DNA of 45,501 nucleotides from an uncultured Lachnospiraceae bacterium. Its GTDB lineage: Bacteria > Bacillota > Clostridia > Lachnospirales > Lachnospiraceae. The stretch is from the NCBI GenBank assembly GCA_905236025.1, contig CAJOOB010000051.1, positions 1 through 45,501 of the forward strand, given 5' to 3'. This document shows, one piece after another, positions 45,394 through 45,501 of this stretch. The notes beneath the pieces were generated by a model that searched no databases, was not told the DNA's origin, and was given only the letters and a program-made list of their open reading frames with translations. How positions within the stretch are numbered: the first letter of the stretch is position 1; every line of letters begins with the position of its first letter. Made by a program: the position numbers and the translations under genes.

Positions 45394-45501
45394 ATAACAG
45401 ACGTATTTATATTCCCGACGATGAAGTCTTTGAAGGACGGAATGCAGTAAAATCAAGGCTTTCAAGCCTTCGATAGAAAAAAGTACAGCAAAAGTACAGC
45501 A
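45394..45501 (+). mobile_element. Candidate att junction of a lysS-targeting integrative element
   Basis: Translates as ITDVFIFPTMKSLKDGMQ*, resembling the LysS C-terminus (IRDVLLFPTMK). Followed by the hairpin AAGGCT-TTCA-AGCCTT and a tandem repeat AAAAGTACAGC x2. Confidence 0.5.
45479..45500. repeat. Perfect 11-bp tandem direct repeat AAAAGTACAGC x2
   Basis: Copies at 45479-45489 and 45490-45500; it may continue beyond the window. Confidence 0.85.

Noticed and set aside
45479..45501. Start of a CRISPR array
   Set aside because: The unit is 11 bp with no spacer, and no cas genes are present. An assembly-end artefact cannot be excluded.

Overview
A low-GC, gene-dense core chromosomal segment from a Firmicute. 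Gene content and protein sequences look most like Clostridia/Lachnospiraceae, which is an inference. All 44 supported genes are on the + strand. Order: phoH (partial), ybeY, MurJ/SpoVB-like flippase, two flavoproteins, proB, 5-formyl-THF cyclo-ligase, miaB, GH1 beta-glucosidase, mutS, mutL, miaA, YnbB-like PLP enzyme, tRNA-Leu(CAA); then a zinc-finger anti-sigma-like gene, polA, coaE, FtsA-like/beta-grasp protein, small alarmone synthetase, HAD, SDR, hypothetical, RluA, recU; then hisZGD, hisB, a HisF-like/HisI/HisE fusion, an L,D-transpeptidase-like protein, TPR, a TIGR03960/TIGR03936 pair, RNase E/G; then L21 leader, rplU, prp, rpmA, obgE, yhbY, nadD, small hypothetical, yqeK, rsfS, and two membrane proteins. 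No CRISPR array, transposase, integrase or recognisable defence gene is visible. The most notable signals are: (i) an orphan lysS 3'-end-like peptide followed by a hairpin and an 11-bp tandem repeat at the right edge (candidate att junction); (ii) an L,D-transpeptidase homologue with its catalytic motif replaced; (iii) a degenerate HisF-like domain fused to HisIE; (iv) an actin-fold ATPase with several ubiquitin-like domains next to a small alarmone synthetase; (v) a tandem HisR-type operator. All family calls come from motif recognition by eye; no searches were run.
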